NCBI GenBank assembly: GCA_036377235.1
Contig: DASUYU010000080.1
Location: forward strand, 7,797 to 71,796
Length of the DNA: 64,000 nt
Direction of reading: 5' to 3'
DNA from: Thermoleophilaceae bacterium
GTDB lineage: Bacteria > Actinomycetota > Thermoleophilia > Solirubrobacterales > Thermoleophilaceae
The notes under the pieces are model-generated. The model was not told where the DNA came from. It made no database searches and was given only the letters and a program-made list of their open reading frames with translations. Positions within the stretch are counted from its first letter, which is position 1. The number at the start of each line of letters is the position of its first letter. The position numbers and the translations under genes were made by a program. Positions 51,999 through 61,131 of this stretch are shown here, in pieces.

Positions 51999-53431
51999 GG
52001 TCCGCCCCCGATCGGCGCGTCGGAGAGGTTCGGCACCGGCTGCTGGTAGCACTTGGCGTCCGCGTTGTACGGCGGCTTCGGGCTCTTGGCCGGCCGCGTT
52101 CCGAGCGGCGGCTCGGAGGCGCTCGAGTGCATCGTGCCGCCCGGTCCCACCGGCGGGGTCTCGACCGCGTAGCCGCCGCCGGCCTCGAGGCGCGCGTAGG
52201 TGCCGTTGCCGTCGAAGTTCTCGGACTCGCCCGCGAGCGAGACCATCGACTGGAAGAACTCCTCGTAGTTACGCAGCCCGGTGGAGAGGGCGCCGTCGTC
52301 GATCCGCTGCTCCTGCGTCGGGAGGATCGTGTGCAGCTGGCAGCGGTTGAACGCGTCGAGCCGCGGCAGGAAGTCCACCTGGCCGTCCGTGAACTCGGCG
52401 AAGTCCCGCACCGCCGGCTGGAGGTCGTCCAGGAGGCCCTGCAGCTCCGCCGGCGACACGAGCGCACGCACCTGCCGGATCCACGGGAAGCCCGCCTCGA
52501 TCGTCGCGGGGGTCTCGCGGACGCCCGGGATCATCTCGAGCGCCCAGGCGCGCGTGGCGGGGAATGCGGCGTTCAGGTTGTCGAGCGCCGGGCGAGCCGC
52601 CTCGAGCACGAGCGGCAGCTCGTGGATCGTCTGCCGGAGGTTGCCCTCCTCGGAGGCGAGCGCGCCCATCGTGGTGTTGAAGTTGGTGATGAGGTCCTTG
52701 AGCGAGCCCTCACGCGACGACAGCGCCGCGAAGATCTTCTGCTGGCTCCCGATCAGCCTGGAGAGGTCGTGCAGGTCCGTGCCGAGGATCGCGTCGTTCA
52801 CGATCGCGCCGCCGCGGAGCGCCTGCGCGGAGTACCTGTAGGAGTCGTTCAGCGACCTGCCGGCCGTCTCGCCCTTCGTGGACGGGTCCTGGTCGTCGTC
52901 CTCGCCCGGCTGCGGCTCGCCGTTGATCGCGTCGCCGTAGCCCACGAGCAGCTTCTGCAGGTCCTGCCTCGTGTCGGTCTTCAGCGTGCCGAGCACCTGG
53001 TCCAGCTGGACGGGGGCGGACGTCTGCGAGGCCGGGATCGTGTCGCCGTCCCCGAGGTCGCCCGCGCCGGGCGTGCCGGGCCGGATGTCGAAGAAGAGGT
53101 TCCCCTCGAAGAACAGCCGCGGACGGACCTTGACGCGCGCGTCCTTGTGGATCGGCAGGGCCGTGTCGTCGAGCTTCATCGTCACGACCACGGCCGGCGA
53201 GTCGCCGCCCATCGCCTCGACCTTCGAGACCTTCCCGACCTCGACGCCCGCGATCCGGACCGGCTCATTCTTGTGGATCGGCGGAGCGTTCTCGAAGACC
53301 GCCTTGATCTGGAACGGCGTGGTGAACGGGATGTCCTTCGAGAACCCGAGGTACGCGAACACGACGATGAGGACCAGCGCGATCAGACCGGCCTGGTACG
53401 GGCTCAGACGGGATGCCTGCGTGCGCCTCAT
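51995..53431 (-). CDS. MCE family protein (MceD position)
   Basis: ATG 53431 (ATGA overlap): FQIKAVFENAPPIHKNEPVRIAGVEVGKV, LFFEGNLFFDIRPGT. Confidence 0.9.
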   Translation of the reverse strand: MRRTQASRLSPYQAGLIALVLIVVFAYLGFSKDIPFTTPFQIKAVFENAPPIHKNEPVRIAGVEVGKVSKVEAMGGDSPAVVVTMKLDDTALPIHKDARVKVRPRLFFEGNLFFDIRPGTPGAGDLGDGDTIPASQTSAPVQLDQVLGTLKTDTRQDLQKLLVGYGDAINGEPQPGEDDDQDPSTKGETAGRSLNDSYRYSAQALRGGAIVNDAILGTDLHDLSRLIGSQQKIFAALSSREGSLKDLITNFNTTMGALASEEGNLRQTIHELPLVLEAARPALDNLNAAFPATRAWALEMIPGVRETPATIEAGFPWIRQVRALVSPAELQGLLDDLQPAVRDFAEFTDGQVDFLPRLDAFNRCQLHTILPTQEQRIDDGALSTGLRNYEEFFQSMVSLAGESENFDGNGTYARLEAGGGYAVETPPVGPGGTMHSSASEPPLGTRPAKSPKPPYNADAKCYQQPVPNLSDAPIGGGP

Positions 53432-54852
53432 GGCTGCAGCTCCGTCTTCGTGCCCTGGGAGCCCGCCGTGTTCCCGATCACGGTGGCGCCGCTGGCGTAA
53501 CGCTCGTTGCCCGCCTCGCACTCACGGGTCTGGCCCGGGCTCGCGGTATTCGGGTACATGTTCACGTGCACGTGGTTGTGCTGCTGCGGCCCGTTCGCCG
53601 GCGCCGCCGACGGGCCGGCCTCGTTGTTCTTGCCGAGCTCGAACGTGAACTTGTCGAGTGGCGCGCCCACGGTGAGGAAGCGCTGGTAGTTGCCGTTCGA
53701 GTCGCCCTCCCCCAGCAGGCTCGCCACGTTCCGCAGCAGGATCGAGCCGTAGCTGCAGGTGGTCTGCGCGGGCGTGACGAACGCGAGCAGGCCGCGGAGC
53801 GAGGAGGACGCGCGCGTGAGCTGGTCGATGCCCGCCCTCACGCCCGAGTCGCGGCCGAACTCGTCCAGCTTCTCGAACACGTCCGCGAGGTCGCTGTTCA
53901 TCTGCTTCGTCCTCGGCAGCACCTCCGCGCCGGCCTGGAAGGCGTCGGCGAGCAGCGGCGCCGCGTGCGGCAGCACCGCCGCGCCCGGCCGCAGCTCGCG
54001 GAAGAAGGCCGTGCTGTTGCGGATGAAGGGGCGCTGGCGCGGGAAGTCCCGGATCGCGAGCGCCTCGCTGGGCGGGCTCTCGGAGATGGTCTCCTGGAGG
54101 AACGGGCGCGCGACCGACGCCCACGCCGAGAACGCCGTGTCGAGGTTCACGAACAGCGACGCCTGCTCCTCGGCGACCGGCGCCACCTCCTCAGCCGCGC
54201 GCGCCAGCGAGGCGAAGAAGCGGTTCAGGCGCGTGTCCGGTGCCGACAGGTTCCGCGCGACCGGCTCCAGGTTGCCGAGCAGGGGCACGAACGCGTGGAT
54301 CGCCTCGTTGATGTCCTGGCCGCGCCCCGCGAGGCCGCCCCCGAAGCCGTCGAGCGAGCGCCTCTGCCCGACCCGCGTCTTCGCGTCGAACATGTTGAAG
54401 AGGTCGTCCAGCTCCACGACGGCGGGGCGCGCCTGGCGCACCGGGATCGTCGCCCCGGCGGGCAGGCCCGCCCGGCCGGAGCCGGGTGTGAGCTCGACGT
54501 ACTTCAGGCCGAGCGACGAGCGCGGCCTGACGAGCAGCGTCGAGTCGGCGGGGATCGGCTCGATGCTCTTGTCGAGCTTCATCGTGACCTGCGCGTAGGC
54601 GCTTCCGTCCCTGCGCTTCCGTGCCTCGATCTTCGAGATGAAGCCCACGCGCGCGCCGCCGACGCGGACCTCGAAGCCCTTCACGAGCTGTGCGGCGTTC
54701 GGGAGATCCGCCTTCAGGTCGTACGTCGGGACGAACGGCAGGCCCGAGTTCGCGTTGTACGAGAGGAAGACGGCGACGATCGTCACGAGGACGGTCACCG
54801 CTCCCACGAGCACCGGGCTGGCGGCGAGCGCTGACCCTCCGCCGCGCCTCAC
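53428..54852 (-). CDS. MCE family protein (MceC position)
   Basis: GTG 54852 (GTGA overlap): YDLKADLPNAAQLVKGFEVRVGGARVGFI, SLGLKYVELTPGS. Confidence 0.9.
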   Translation of the reverse strand: MRRGGGSALAASPVLVGAVTVLVTIVAVFLSYNANSGLPFVPTYDLKADLPNAAQLVKGFEVRVGGARVGFISKIEARKRRDGSAYAQVTMKLDKSIEPIPADSTLLVRPRSSLGLKYVELTPGSGRAGLPAGATIPVRQARPAVVELDDLFNMFDAKTRVGQRRSLDGFGGGLAGRGQDINEAIHAFVPLLGNLEPVARNLSAPDTRLNRFFASLARAAEEVAPVAEEQASLFVNLDTAFSAWASVARPFLQETISESPPSEALAIRDFPRQRPFIRNSTAFFRELRPGAAVLPHAAPLLADAFQAGAEVLPRTKQMNSDLADVFEKLDEFGRDSGVRAGIDQLTRASSSLRGLLAFVTPAQTTCSYGSILLRNVASLLGEGDSNGNYQRFLTVGAPLDKFTFELGKNNEAGPSAAPANGPQQHNHVHVNMYPNTASPGQTRECEAGNERYASGATVIGNTAGSQGTKTELQP

Positions 54853-56327
54853 CGGCCGTCACTCCCAAGGAGATAGTCGAGCGCCGCGTCCTGCGGGTCG
54901 AGCGCCGGCGAGCCCTGGCGGGCTCGCTTGCGCAGCGCGTCGAGGTTCTGCTCGCGGCGGCGGTCCACGCTCGGGTCGCCGCCCTGCCCGAGCAGATCCC
55001 GCAGCAGGGTGCCGGTCGGCGCGACGCTGCCGCCGCCGCGCTCGGGGGTGGCCTGCGCCGACTCGAGCGAGGCCACGTCCGACGCCGCGCTGCCCTCGGC
55101 GCTCGGGTCGTAGAACGTGGAGGCGCAGCCGGAGCTCGGGGCCACCGCGTAGCTGCTGCAGACGTTCGTGATCAGCACCGAGCGCAGGTAGTGGCCCAGA
55201 CTGTCGAACCCGTTGCTTGCCAGCGCGCCGGTGTAGAAGACGTCGTTCAGCCGCTTGAGCGCGTCGGTTTTCTCGAGGCTCCGCGTCAGCTCGTCGAGAT
55301 TCACCGCCACCGGCGCCGCCTGGCGGCCCAGCCTGCCCAGGTCCTGGATCAGCGGGCGCGAGTCGATCAGCGCGGGGCGGCCGCGCTCGAGCGCGTCGCC
55401 AAGGCTCGGGAAGGAGTCCCGCGAGGCGTCCGCGAGCGCCCCCTGCTCCTTGATCAGCCTGCCGAGGGCCGGGCCGGCCGTGTTCAGGTCGGTGAATACC
55501 GGGGTCGCCTGGTCGGTGAAGCCCTCGAGGTCGGCCATCAGCGGCCGGAGCTCGCGCAGGAAGCCGGGCAGCAGCTCGATGCTCTTCTGGAGGTCGCCGC
55601 TGCGTTCCGCGGACGCCTCGGAGGTCGCGTTCGCCTGGACGATGAAGTCGGCGAAGTGCTCCTTCTCGCGCGCGAGCGGCGCGAGCACGCGGTCCGAGTC
55701 GCTCGCGAGCCGCGCCAGCGTGCGGTTCTGGCTCGCGAGGATCTTCAGCACCTCGTCGGTCTCGCGGAGCGCCGGGTTCGCCCGGTGGATGACCTCGTTC
55801 AGGTCCTCGCCCCGGCCGGCCAGGCCGGTGCCGAACTCGTTCAGCAGGATCGCGAGTCGCTCGCGGTACGGCAGCCTCAGGATGTCGTTCAGGAGGTCGA
55901 GGTCCACCGGCGAGCTCGTGTGCTCGACCGACAGGAGGTGCGCGCCCTCGCCGTCGCCGTCGTCGATCCGTGGCAGCGGCCGCGCCGAGCTCGAGCCGGG
56001 CTGGCAGTCCACGAACTTCTCGCCAATCAGGCCCTGCGCGCCGACCTTGCACCGGGCGTCCTGCTTCCACGGGGTGAAGTCCGTGTTGTCGATCCGCAGG
56101 GTCAGCGCGGCCTTCTTGTCGGGCGTCACGTCGAGGTCCGTGATCACGCCGACCGGCACGCCGGCCACCTTCACGTCCTCGCCGTGGACGAGCGTGGACG
56201 CGTTGTCGAAGACCGCGCGCACGACGTAGTGGTCAGTGGTGTCGTCGTGCGTCGCCGCGCGCACCACGCCGATCACGATCCAGGGCAGGAGCGCGACGGT
56301 CAGGCCGATGTAGACGAGCCTGCGCAT
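54849..56327 (-). CDS. MCE family protein (MceB position)
   Basis: ATG 56327 (1-nt overlap): YVVRAVFDNASTLVHGEDVKVAGVPVGVI, LIGEKFVDCQPGS. Confidence 0.9.
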   Translation of the reverse strand: MRRLVYIGLTVALLPWIVIGVVRAATHDDTTDHYVVRAVFDNASTLVHGEDVKVAGVPVGVITDLDVTPDKKAALTLRIDNTDFTPWKQDARCKVGAQGLIGEKFVDCQPGSSSARPLPRIDDGDGEGAHLLSVEHTSSPVDLDLLNDILRLPYRERLAILLNEFGTGLAGRGEDLNEVIHRANPALRETDEVLKILASQNRTLARLASDSDRVLAPLAREKEHFADFIVQANATSEASAERSGDLQKSIELLPGFLRELRPLMADLEGFTDQATPVFTDLNTAGPALGRLIKEQGALADASRDSFPSLGDALERGRPALIDSRPLIQDLGRLGRQAAPVAVNLDELTRSLEKTDALKRLNDVFYTGALASNGFDSLGHYLRSVLITNVCSSYAVAPSSGCASTFYDPSAEGSAASDVASLESAQATPERGGGSVAPTGTLLRDLLGQGGDPSVDRRREQNLDALRKRARQGSPALDPQDAALDYLLGSDGR

Positions 56328-57721
56328 CAGCCGGGCGGGTCCTCGGACGGTGGTCCGCTGGAGGGATCGCAGCCCCGGAACGGCCAGGGCGAGGAGCCGT
56401 CGGGGGACGGCTGGGTGGCGCCGCCGGGGCACGTCGGGCGCGTGCCGCGCTCGAACCCGGCGAGCCGCTGCTGCGGCGGGATCGCCACCAGCTTGTTCTG
56501 CACGCGGTCGAGCTGCGTCGGGCTGAACACCGGCATGACGCGCGCGTAGTGGCCGTTCGCGTCGTAGTAGGAGGTCACCTGGCCGAACTTCGTGAGCCAG
56601 GCGGTGAGGTCGGGGGTGTAGCCGCGCGCGTACTCGATCACCGGGTCGGTCCGGTCTAGGGCCCGGATCGCGCGCGGGAAGACGCTGGCGGTGAGCTCCG
56701 CGAGCCGCGGCTGCTTGGCGGTCAGCTCGATCAGGTCGTTGTTCTGACCCGGCGCCCGGATCAGCAGGGCGAGGTCGGCGATGGTGGGCCGCGCGTCGTG
56801 CACGAGCGGGCGGAGCGCGCGGAGGAACGGCGCGAGCTCCTTCGTGTTCGGCTTCGACACCGCGGTGAGCTGGTCGAGGTCGTCCAGCGTCGTGCGCAGG
56901 TTCACGAACGTCGTGTTGGCCTTGCGCAGCGTGTCCGGCAGCAGCTCGAGCGCGCGCTGGAGCGACGTGCTCTCGTCGCCGATCGCGCGCATGGTGGCGT
57001 TCGTGTTGCCCACCAGGTCCGTGAGGTCGTCGCGGCGCTCGGCGATCGCGGAGACCGTGTCCGCGCCGTCCCTCAGGAAGCGGGTGAGCACCTCCTGGTC
57101 GAGCGCGACCTCCTTCGTGAGCCGCGACGTGCTGTCGAGGAACGGAGCGAAGTACTGGATGCTCTGGCCGGCCTCCACCCCGCGCGTGTCGTACTGGTCG
57201 CCGGTGCCGCGGATGAAGTTCTTGAGCCCCTCGCGCGTCTTCGCGTCCAGCGAGTTGAACAGCGCGTCGAGGTCCACCGGAGCCGACGTCTCGTCCGAGC
57301 CGATGTGCCCGCCGTCCGCGATCTTCTCGTTCGAGTTCGGCCCAGGCTTCACCGACACGTAGCGGTTGGCGATGCCGGACAGCGAGGAGGCCCGGATGGT
57401 GGCCGTCGTGCCCTCGTGGAGCGGCGCGACGGTGTCGTCGACCTTCAGGGTGACGACCGCGTTCCCCCGGTCGTCCAGCTCGATGTCGGAGATCTTGCCG
57501 ACCGGCTGGCCGCCTACCCGCACCTGGTTGCCGGGCACGAGCTGGCCGGCGTTGTCGAACACCGCCTTGACGCGGTAGCTCCCGCTGTCCCCGAACATCG
57601 CGAGCGCGACGAGGACGATGGCGGCGATCAGCGCGCCGGTGGCCAGGATTCTGGCCAGGCTGGAGCCACGCTCGCTACGGAGCGGCTCGCGAGTCCTTCC
57701 CTCTCTTGTCTTCGAGTCCAA
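56327..57721 (-). CDS. MCE family protein (MceA position)
   Basis: TTG start at 57721: YRVKAVFDNAGQLVPGNQVRVGGQPVGKI, SGIANRYVSVKPGP. Confidence 0.88.
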   Translation of the reverse strand: MDSKTREGRTREPLRSERGSSLARILATGALIAAIVLVALAMFGDSGSYRVKAVFDNAGQLVPGNQVRVGGQPVGKISDIELDDRGNAVVTLKVDDTVAPLHEGTTATIRASSLSGIANRYVSVKPGPNSNEKIADGGHIGSDETSAPVDLDALFNSLDAKTREGLKNFIRGTGDQYDTRGVEAGQSIQYFAPFLDSTSRLTKEVALDQEVLTRFLRDGADTVSAIAERRDDLTDLVGNTNATMRAIGDESTSLQRALELLPDTLRKANTTFVNLRTTLDDLDQLTAVSKPNTKELAPFLRALRPLVHDARPTIADLALLIRAPGQNNDLIELTAKQPRLAELTASVFPRAIRALDRTDPVIEYARGYTPDLTAWLTKFGQVTSYYDANGHYARVMPVFSPTQLDRVQNKLVAIPPQQRLAGFERGTRPTCPGGATQPSPDGSSPWPFRGCDPSSGPPSEDPPG

Positions 57722-57786
57722 GCGCGGTCAACCGACCGACGCCTCCCGCAGCGCGCCCCGTGCGCGCCTTACTGCCGTACTGCGTA

Positions 57787-58803
57787 CTACTCCATGCCGA
57801 GCGGCCCCTGCGCCTCCCCGGACAGAAACTGTCTCACGAACTGGTTGTCGGAGTTGAAGAGCTCGCTCGCCGGGCCAGACTCGACGATCCTGCCCTTCCA
57901 GAGAATCGCGATGTAATCCGCCACGCGCCGCGCCGACATGATGTCGTGCGTGATCACGCAGTAGGCGCCGCCGTTCTCCTCGTGCACCTCCATGATCAAC
58001 TCGCACAGGAGCGCGGTGCGCACCGGGTCGAGGCCGGAGTCCGGCTCGTCGAAGAGCACGATGTCCGGGTCCAGCACGAGAGCGCGCGCGAACCCGGCGC
58101 GCTTGCGCATCCCGCCGGACAGCTCGTTCGGCATCTTCTCGGCGGCGGCCGCCAGGCCCACCTCGCCGAGCCTCCGGTCCACGATCTCGCGGATCTCGTC
58201 CTCGCCCTTGTCGGTGTGCTGGCGGAGCGGGAACGCCGTGTTGTCGAACACGTTCATCGAGCCGAAGAGAGCGCCGTCCTGGAACAGGACGCCGAACTTC
58301 TTGCGCATCTCGAACAGCTCCTCGTCCGCCATGTCCGGCACGGACTGGCCATGCACGAGCACGTCGCCCTCGTCGGGATACAGCAGGCCGACCATGTGCT
58401 TGATGCACACGGACTTGCCGGTGCCGGACGGGCCCAGGATCATCGAGATCTGGTTGTCCGGCAGGCCCAGGTTCAGCCCGTTCAGGACGCGGTTGCGGCC
58501 GAACGCCTTGACGACGTCGATGAACTCGACGGCGTCATCCGACCCGTGCTCGCGCTTCCTGCCGGTGTGCCACTGGTACTCGTCGGCCTCGGCCTGAGAG
58601 CCGCGCTCGTGCGTCATCTCGCCGGTGCTCGCGGGCCGCGCCTCGGTCTGGGTCTCCTCGTCCTGCGTCTCGTCGCCGTGCGTCTCCTCGCCCTGCGCCG
58701 GTGGCTCCGCGCCCCGGTTCTCCTCCCAGTCGCGCGGGTCCAGCGGCTTCGTGTCGGCTTCCTCGTCCCTGCGCTCGTCGCTCACTCTGTCCTCACCCGC
58801 CAA
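57787..58803 (-). CDS. Mce/Mla-type ABC ATPase (MceG/Mkl/MlaF-like) with ~95-aa acidic N-terminal extension
   Basis: Walker A GPSGTGKS, signature LSGGMRKR, Walker B LFDEPDSGLDP, FVRQFL. The N-terminus is rich in D/E/T/Q (GEETHGDETQDEETQTE). Start is TTG 58803 or GTG 58785. Confidence 0.9.
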   Translation of the reverse strand: MAGEDRVSDERRDEEADTKPLDPRDWEENRGAEPPAQGEETHGDETQDEETQTEARPASTGEMTHERGSQAEADEYQWHTGRKREHGSDDAVEFIDVVKAFGRNRVLNGLNLGLPDNQISMILGPSGTGKSVCIKHMVGLLYPDEGDVLVHGQSVPDMADEELFEMRKKFGVLFQDGALFGSMNVFDNTAFPLRQHTDKGEDEIREIVDRRLGEVGLAAAAEKMPNELSGGMRKRAGFARALVLDPDIVLFDEPDSGLDPVRTALLCELIMEVHEENGGAYCVITHDIMSARRVADYIAILWKGRIVESGPASELFNSDNQFVRQFLSGEAQGPLGME

Positions 58804-59593
58804 TCGGGGCTCTTGGGTTCGAGCCCCAGAAGATCTGGGTCCCCACCATTCCGACCAGGTGGACCATGACCGTGTTCAACACCATCGATTTCGCCGTCGC
58901 CGTCCCAACTCCCACCGGACCCCCGCTCGCGTTGTAGCCGTAGTAGCACCCCACGAGCACGACAACGGTCGCCATCGCCATGCCCTTTATGAGGCTGTAG
59001 AACAGATCCGGTGGGTTTTGGAACATCCAGAAGATCAGGAAGAAGCCCCCGGACGACACCTCCCCGATCTGCTGCACCACCGCCAGGTAGCTCGCGAAGA
59101 AGCCCGCGCCGACCGCGGCGATGTACATGAACGGGAGCACCATCCAGGCGGCGAGCAGCCGTGTCGCGCACAGGAAGACCAGCGAGTTGATGCCCATCAC
59201 CTCTAGCGCGTCGATCTCGTCCGAGATCCGCATCGCGCCGATCTCGGCCACGAGGCCAGTGCCGACCTTCGCCGACATCATGTAGCCGAAGGCGTAGGGC
59301 ATGATCTCGCGCAGGTCGCACCACGCGCTGAACACGCCCGCGTACGCCGGCGCGCCCACCGAGCGGTTGAAGTACGCGCCCTCGATCCCGCACTGGAGGC
59401 CGAGGATGAACGCGAGGCCCCAGATCACGAGCGCCGATCCCAGGATCAGGATGCCGGCCTGTCGGAGCGCCTCGCCGAAGAAGTGGAAGACGCGCCCGTT
59501 GAAGACCGAGCCCACGATGCGCGCGGAGAACTTGGCGATGTCGCCGAATGACGCGATCCAGTCGCGTGGCACCGACAGCCAGCTCGACCCCAT
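58793..59593 (-). CDS. MlaE/YrbE-family ABC permease (YrbEB position)
   Basis: Motifs: GEALRQAGILILGS, EIGAMRISDEIDALEVMGI, VLVGCYYGY. Confidence 0.92.
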   Translation of the reverse strand: MGSSWLSVPRDWIASFGDIAKFSARIVGSVFNGRVFHFFGEALRQAGILILGSALVIWGLAFILGLQCGIEGAYFNRSVGAPAYAGVFSAWCDLREIMPYAFGYMMSAKVGTGLVAEIGAMRISDEIDALEVMGINSLVFLCATRLLAAWMVLPFMYIAAVGAGFFASYLAVVQQIGEVSSGGFFLIFWMFQNPPDLFYSLIKGMAMATVVVLVGCYYGYNASGGPVGVGTATAKSMVLNTVMVHLVGMVGTQIFWGSNPRAPIGG

Positions 59594-60399
59594 TACTTGA
59601 TCACCGAGATCTCGGGATGGGTGGCGAGCAGCGTCTGCGTGAAGACGTAGTTGAACGCGAAGATGCCCAGGAACTCGATCACGACGCCCTGGTTCACGGC
59701 CCTACCCACACCTTCCGCGCCTCCGGACGCAGTCATCCCCTTGTAACAGGAGACGATCGCGATGATGGCGCCGAACAGCGTCGTCTTCACCACCGATCCC
59801 CATAGGTCCGTGGTGCTCGCGTTGTTGAGCAGAGTGGCGAAGAACGGGCCGAGGGGCGCGTCGAACGTGAGCGTGGCCAGGACGCCGCCGAAGATGCCGA
59901 AGATCAGCGCGTAGATGTTGAACAGGCCCGTCACGGTCATCAGCGCCAGGAACCGCGGTACCACGAGGTTCTTGATCGGGTCGACGCCAAGCACCTGAAG
60001 CGCGTCCAGCTCCTCGCGGATCTTGCGGGCACCCAGGTCCGCTGTGATCGCGGTGCCACCCACGCCGGCGGTGATGATCGCGGTCACCGTCGGGGCGAAC
60101 TCGCGGATCGAGGCGAGCACGAAGAAGCCGCCGAGCCGGTCGATCGCGCCGAACAGGACGAGGAAGTTGCCCGCCTGAAGCCCTGGCGCGCCGTAGCCGA
60201 ACGCGATCGTCGAGATCGTGAGCGGCAGCCAGCAGAGCCGCAGCATGAATAGGAACTGCTGCACGAACTCGGTGCCGTACGGGTACGGCGGACGCAGGGC
60301 TGACATCAATGTCTTCCCTGTGAGGATCATCATGTCGCCAACCTGCTCCAGCAGGTTCTTGGTCGGCAAGAAGACCCGATCGGCTGCGGCTCGTACCAC
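59593..60399 (-). CDS. MlaE/YrbE-family ABC permease (YrbEA position)
   Basis: GTG 60399 is preceded by a GGGGAGGAG SD. Motifs: DLGARKIREELDALQVLGVDP, IVSCYKGM. The upstream 235 aa of ORF 59593..61107 are an antisense shadow. Confidence 0.9.
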   Translation of the reverse strand: MVRAAADRVFLPTKNLLEQVGDMMILTGKTLMSALRPPYPYGTEFVQQFLFMLRLCWLPLTISTIAFGYGAPGLQAGNFLVLFGAIDRLGGFFVLASIREFAPTVTAIITAGVGGTAITADLGARKIREELDALQVLGVDPIKNLVVPRFLALMTVTGLFNIYALIFGIFGGVLATLTFDAPLGPFFATLLNNASTTDLWGSVVKTTLFGAIIAIVSCYKGMTASGGAEGVGRAVNQGVVIEFLGIFAFNYVFTQTLLATHPEISVIK

Positions 60400-60516
60400 T
60401 CCTCGTACTCCTCCCCTTCGGAAGCCTATGGCATGCACTGGAGGTGCGCCAGAGGGAACCGTGGTTGGCGCCTTGGTGGCGCGTATGCCGTGATTTCGGG
60501 GTATGTTCCAGGTGCT

Positions 60517-61131
60517 GTGAGGGCGTGGAGGATCTACGTCGTCGCTCTCTGCCTGCTCGCTGTTGCGGGCTGCGGGGGAGGCGAGCGACAGGACGAGAAC
60601 GAGGCGTCCGGGGATTTCCCGGTCGAGGTCGTGAAGGCGTCGTTCCCGGAGAAGCAGAAGCTCGCGAAGAGCTCCGATCTCGTCGTGACGCTGCGGAACG
60701 CCGGCCGCGAGACCATCCCGAACATCGGGCTGACCGTGAACGGCTTCGACGAGCGGAAGAACAACGACGAGCTCGCCGACCCGACCCGCCCCGTGTTCGC
60801 GATCAACGGCGTTCAGGTGAAGATCGCCGGCTTCCCGGAGTCGAAGGACGCCGCCCCGCGCGGCTGCGACACCGCGTACGTGAACACGTGGGCATGCGGG
60901 CCGCTGCGCCCGGACCAGTCGAAGACGTTCAGGTGGAGCGTGACCGCGGTGCGCGCGGGCGACTACAGGATCGCGTGGCGTGTGAACGCCGGCCTCGACG
61001 GCAAGGCGAAGGCGGTCGCCCAGGGCGGCGGCCCGGCGCCGCGCGGCGTGTTCGCGGGCACGATCTCCAACAAGGCGCCGACGGTGCGCGTGGCCGACGA
61101 CGGCCACACGATCGTCAACGGGACTCGCTGA
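60517..61131 (+). CDS. Lipoprotein, Ig/CARDB-like fold, hypothetical
   Basis: GTG 60517: VRAWRIYVVALCLLAVAGC (lipobox). LVVTLRNAGRETIPNIGLTVNG is a CARDB-like strand pattern. It is divergent from the mce operon. Confidence 0.6.
   Translation: MRAWRIYVVALCLLAVAGCGGGERQDENEASGDFPVEVVKASFPEKQKLAKSSDLVVTLRNAGRETIPNIGLTVNGFDERKNNDELADPTRPVFAINGVQVKIAGFPESKDAAPRGCDTAYVNTWACGPLRPDQSKTFRWSVTAVRAGDYRIAWRVNAGLDGKAKAVAQGGGPAPRGVFAGTISNKAPTVRVADDGHTIVNGTR

Noticed and set aside
49115-57916. Series of long plus-strand and alternative-frame ORFs over the mce genes (49144..50748, 50826..52049, 52127..53500, 53413..54834, 54690..56549, 56798..57916, 49115..50566, 54859..56070)
   Set aside because: All overlap the six MCE genes, which carry clear MCE-domain motifs and operon-style start/stop overlaps. 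The alternatives translate to Arg/Gly/Pro/His-rich sequences.
58620-58700. Imperfect short tandem repeats (tgcgtctc[c/g]tcgcc-like), first considered as a repeat array
   Set aside because: The units are about 15 nt, degenerate and lack spacers. They simply encode the acidic low-complexity tail of the MceG-like ATPase. This is not a CRISPR or a satellite.
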